A DNA stretch of 64,000 bases from Lingula anatina (taxonomy: Eukaryota > Animalia > Brachiopoda). The stretch is from positions 29,283,967 through 29,347,966 of the forward strand of contig CM120640.1 in assembly GCA_051362555.1 (NCBI GenBank), in the 5' to 3' direction. Position numbers and translations under genes: made by a program. Within the stretch, counting starts at the first letter, position 1. Each line of letters opens with the position of its first letter. The notes under the pieces were generated by a model, which saw nothing but the letters and a program-made list of their open reading frames with translations, ran no database searches and was not told where the DNA came from. This document shows positions 63,305 to 64,000 of this stretch, piece after piece.

Positions 63305-64000
63305 GATGAATATCAGCAGTTTTATTGCATTTAGGAGTAGGCACGGCCTTCCTTCTGTTGATAACATAAACAAAAGGAGTATTTGACACACCAGCTTATA
63401 CAGTGAAATGAACAGAAGTAATTACTGTGCCAGGTGTGATGTATATATGGTTCTGGTAGAAATCATATCAGGTTTATGAAGTGGAGGTCATGCCAGCTGC
63501 AGTGTGAAAAAAAAGGTGAAAAAAAAGATTGTACATGATCAGATAAAATGGTTTATGTCAGTCCATTGTTGTGTGTGGAGAGAACACTGTTACCATATAT
63601 CATTGTTATAGATAGAACAAAATTAATGATAGGAAAACTGAAGGAAATGCAAAGACTGAAGGCTTGGCTTAGGTTGGGATGGAATCTTCAAATTAATTAA
63701 AATCAAATAATACAATTGTTATGAAATTTACAAATTTGAAGAAAATTCAGCAACATGAGACTAGCCAGTAAGAGAGGTGATATATAATGAATTGCATGTT
63801 AGGGACCTTGTTGCTGATTGAGTTGTTCTGCTTGTCTTGGACTCCATTCCCATATACACACTTGGTCTACATATATCGATCCAACTATGCAAGGACACTC
63901 GCTGAGTGCCATCAGCGTAGCTAAATGACACTAGTTACCAGTTTACTCCTATAAACAACAGCTTTTCTGTCTTTAGCACCATGGCAGGAGGAGGTGTGTC

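Noticed and set aside
63906-63912. miR-183/263-family seed match GTGCCAT downstream of FoxO
   Set aside because: A single 7-mer with unknown UTR extent; chance occurrence is likely.

Overview
Eukaryotic (metazoan, very probably molluscan/lophotrochozoan) genomic DNA. 1-5972: the 3' part of an uninterrupted 45S rDNA unit (partial 18S, ITS1, 5.8S, ITS2, full 28S). 6.0-10.9 kb: intergenic spacer with a ~285-bp duplicated block and an array of exactly 36 full 109-bp subrepeats showing 5-monomer higher-order structure. The rDNA then stops without a following ETS/18S and gives way to AT-rich single-copy DNA, so this looks like the end of an rDNA array or an orphan unit. 13.5-21 kb: a pile of decayed elements, namely a tyrosine-recombinase (DIRS/PAT-type) retrotransposon with RNase H, methyltransferase-like and YR domains, a truncated L2/CR1 insertion, a LINE ORF1-like pseudogene and MITEs. 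Three intact spliced genes follow: NK7 homeobox (+, 3 exons), mitochondrial-clan cytochrome P450 of the CYP10 type (-, 9 exons) and FoxO (+, 2 coding exons, with a 13.4-kb intron full of nested DNA transposons). I cannot demonstrate a new biological system from sequence alone. The best leads are the rDNA/developmental-gene junction with its duplicated octamer-ETS-CRE cassette, heme-regulatory-like CP motifs in the CYP10 presequence, a possibly ancient NK7-FoxO linkage, the architecture of the YR element, and hAT-like elements with 5- and 6-bp TSDs. All family assignments are by eye and memory, not by database search.
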